A stretch of DNA of 17,285 bases from Fidelibacterota bacterium (GTDB taxonomy: Bacteria > Fidelibacterota > Marinisomatia > Marinisomatales > S15-B10): positions 1-17,285 of the forward strand of contig JBHIAI010000029.1 in assembly GCA_046861655.1 (NCBI GenBank), read 5' to 3'. Shown here piece after piece: positions 16,134 through 17,285 of this stretch. The notes beneath the pieces were generated by a model. That model ran no database searches. It was not told the DNA's origin and was given only the letters and a program-made list of their open reading frames with translations. Position 1 is the stretch's first letter. Every line of letters begins with the position of its first letter. The position numbers were made by a program, and so were the translations under genes.

Positions 16134-17285
16134 ATGAATCAGAGACAAACCCCTTTCCTTCTTATCCTCGCTCTTTTTGCCAGTGGCTCCATTCTCACAG
16201 CGGGCGTAACGGGCAAGATTTCGGGAACGATTACTGACGCCTCCAGCGGCGAACCCCTGGTGGGGGTGAACGTGATGCTGGAGAACACTTCCCAGGGAGC
16301 GGCCACGGATCCCGATGGAAACTACACTATACTGAACGTGCGGGGGGGGAAGTACACCCTGGTGGCTACCATGATCGGCTACAAAAGGGTGGAAATCGTC
16401 AGCGTCACCGTCCTGGCCGACCGTACTACCTGGGTGGATCTAAAGATGGAGCAGACGGCCATTGAAGGTGAGGAAGTGATCATCACCGCGGTCCGGCCTC
16501 CCATTGTCCGGGATGAGACCGCCACCACCAACACCGTTCTGGCTGAAGAGATCGAAAACATGCCTGTAAACTCGTACGTGGAAGTACTCGATAACGTAGC
16601 GGGAGTTGTGGAGAATAACAACGGTGGCGGGGACGATGGCATTCACATCCGGGGGGGACGGTCCAACGAAATCGCCTACCTGGTAGACGGTTTCTTTGTG
16701 GAGGATGCGATCTACGGGGGTATGGGAACGGACGTAAGCCGGGCGGGCATTTCGGAGCTTTCCGTTATCACCGGTGCTTTCAATGCCGAATACGGGGAAG
16801 CCATGTCCGGAGTTGTGAACATTCTCACTAAAGAAGGGGGATCCGAATTCAGCGGCCACCTCCGTGCAACGACCGATCAAGCGGGATTGTATGAAGATCA
16901 CGAACGGCCCCTGTCCGACTGGAATACCCAGCGGCTGGAAGGGTCCCTTGGAGGACCCGTTCCCTTGCCCTTTATTCCACCGAACGCTCTCACCTTTTTT
17001 GTATCAGGCGATCGGTCCACCAGCGAAACGTATCTGGGCAGAACCCGGCACAACCGGGCCGTTTTTACCGATTTGAACGACAACCGGGTGTATGAACCTT
17101 ACGAACCCTTCAACGACGTGAACGGTAACGACCAGTGGGACCCGGGAGAGAATTTCACCGATTTGAACGGAAATGGAGATTACGATGACACGTATGAAAC
17201 CATCCTGAGCGATGAGTACGATCTCGACGGCGATGGTGACACCGAGGAACTTCTGGCATCGGGCCACATCCACAAGAACGCCACC
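16134..17285 (+). CDS. TonB-dependent receptor with CarboxypepD_reg-like N-terminus (first 384 codons; truncated by window end)
   Basis: Hand translation is open to the window end: MNQRQTPFLLILALFASGSILTAGVTGKISGTITDASSGEPLVGVNVML...IHIRGGRSNEIAYLVDG...VITGAFNAEYGEAMSGVVNILTKEG...LEGSLGGP. GGGGGAG SD upstream. Absent from the ORF track, presumably because no stop is reached. Confidence 0.93.
   Translation, partial: MNQRQTPFLLILALFASGSILTAGVTGKISGTITDASSGEPLVGVNVMLENTSQGAATDPDGNYTILNVRGGKYTLVATMIGYKRVEIVSVTVLADRTTWVDLKMEQTAIEGEEVIITAVRPPIVRDETATTNTVLAEEIENMPVNSYVEVLDNVAGVVENNNGGGDDGIHIRGGRSNEIAYLVDGFFVEDAIYGGMGTDVSRAGISELSVITGAFNAEYGEAMSGVVNILTKEGGSEFSGHLRATTDQAGLYEDHERPLSDWNTQRLEGSLGGPVPLPFIPPNALTFFVSGDRSTSETYLGRTRHNRAVFTDLNDNRVYEPYEPFNDVNGNDQWDPGENFTDLNGNGDYDDTYETILSDEYDLDGDGDTEELLASGHIHKNAT
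17064..17198 (+). repeat. Three tandem 15-aa acidic repeats within the second TBDR
   Basis: FTDLNDNRVYEPYEP / FNDVNGNDQWDPGEN / FTDLNGNGDYDDTYE. ACCGATTTGAACG occurs at 17067 and 17157, 90 nt apart. Confidence 0.75.

Noticed and set aside
16342..16349. G8 tract (and G7 at 16651-16657) in the second TBDR as a phase-variation site
   Set aside because: Both are in frame and encode Arg-Gly-Gly (the second within a conserved motif); they are too short to stand out in GC-rich DNA.
16379..17273. Minus-strand ORFs 16379-16642, 16440-16901, 16898-17083 and 17004-17273
   Set aside because: They are antisense to the clear plus-strand TBDR frame starting at 16134.
1..17285. CRISPR arrays, tRNA/rRNA genes, transposases, frameshifts or recoded stops
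   Set aside because: None seen. All genes read as intact frames with plausible ends, and the intergenic gaps are short and accounted for.

Overview
Bacterial DNA, moderately GC-rich, encoding only cell-envelope proteins. T9SS-like sorting domains, a PorV/PorQ-family barrel, a GWxTD protein and CarboxypepD_reg-type TonB-dependent receptors (TBDRs) point to the FCB superphylum. Strong Shine-Dalgarno sites and TTGACA promoters argue against Bacteroidota proper, so a Marinimicrobia/Calditrichota/KSB1-like lineage is inferred. Minus strand, in transcription order: GWxTD protein, pentaheme cytochrome c, a REP-like inverted doublet, octaheme cytochrome c with TPRs, then an internal promoter and an apparent five-gene operon (DUF4397-like lipoprotein, TBDR, large exported protein with a variant sorting domain, PorV/PorQ-family barrel, acidic type A CTD protein) ending at an intrinsic terminator. 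On the plus strand a second, divergent TBDR starts at 16134 and runs off the window; the ORF track misses it. The most interesting item is the SusD-less cassette of TBDR + variant-CTD protein + adjacent PorV-like barrel, which may be an uncharacterised outer-membrane uptake system. All family calls come from motif recognition by eye; no database search was run.
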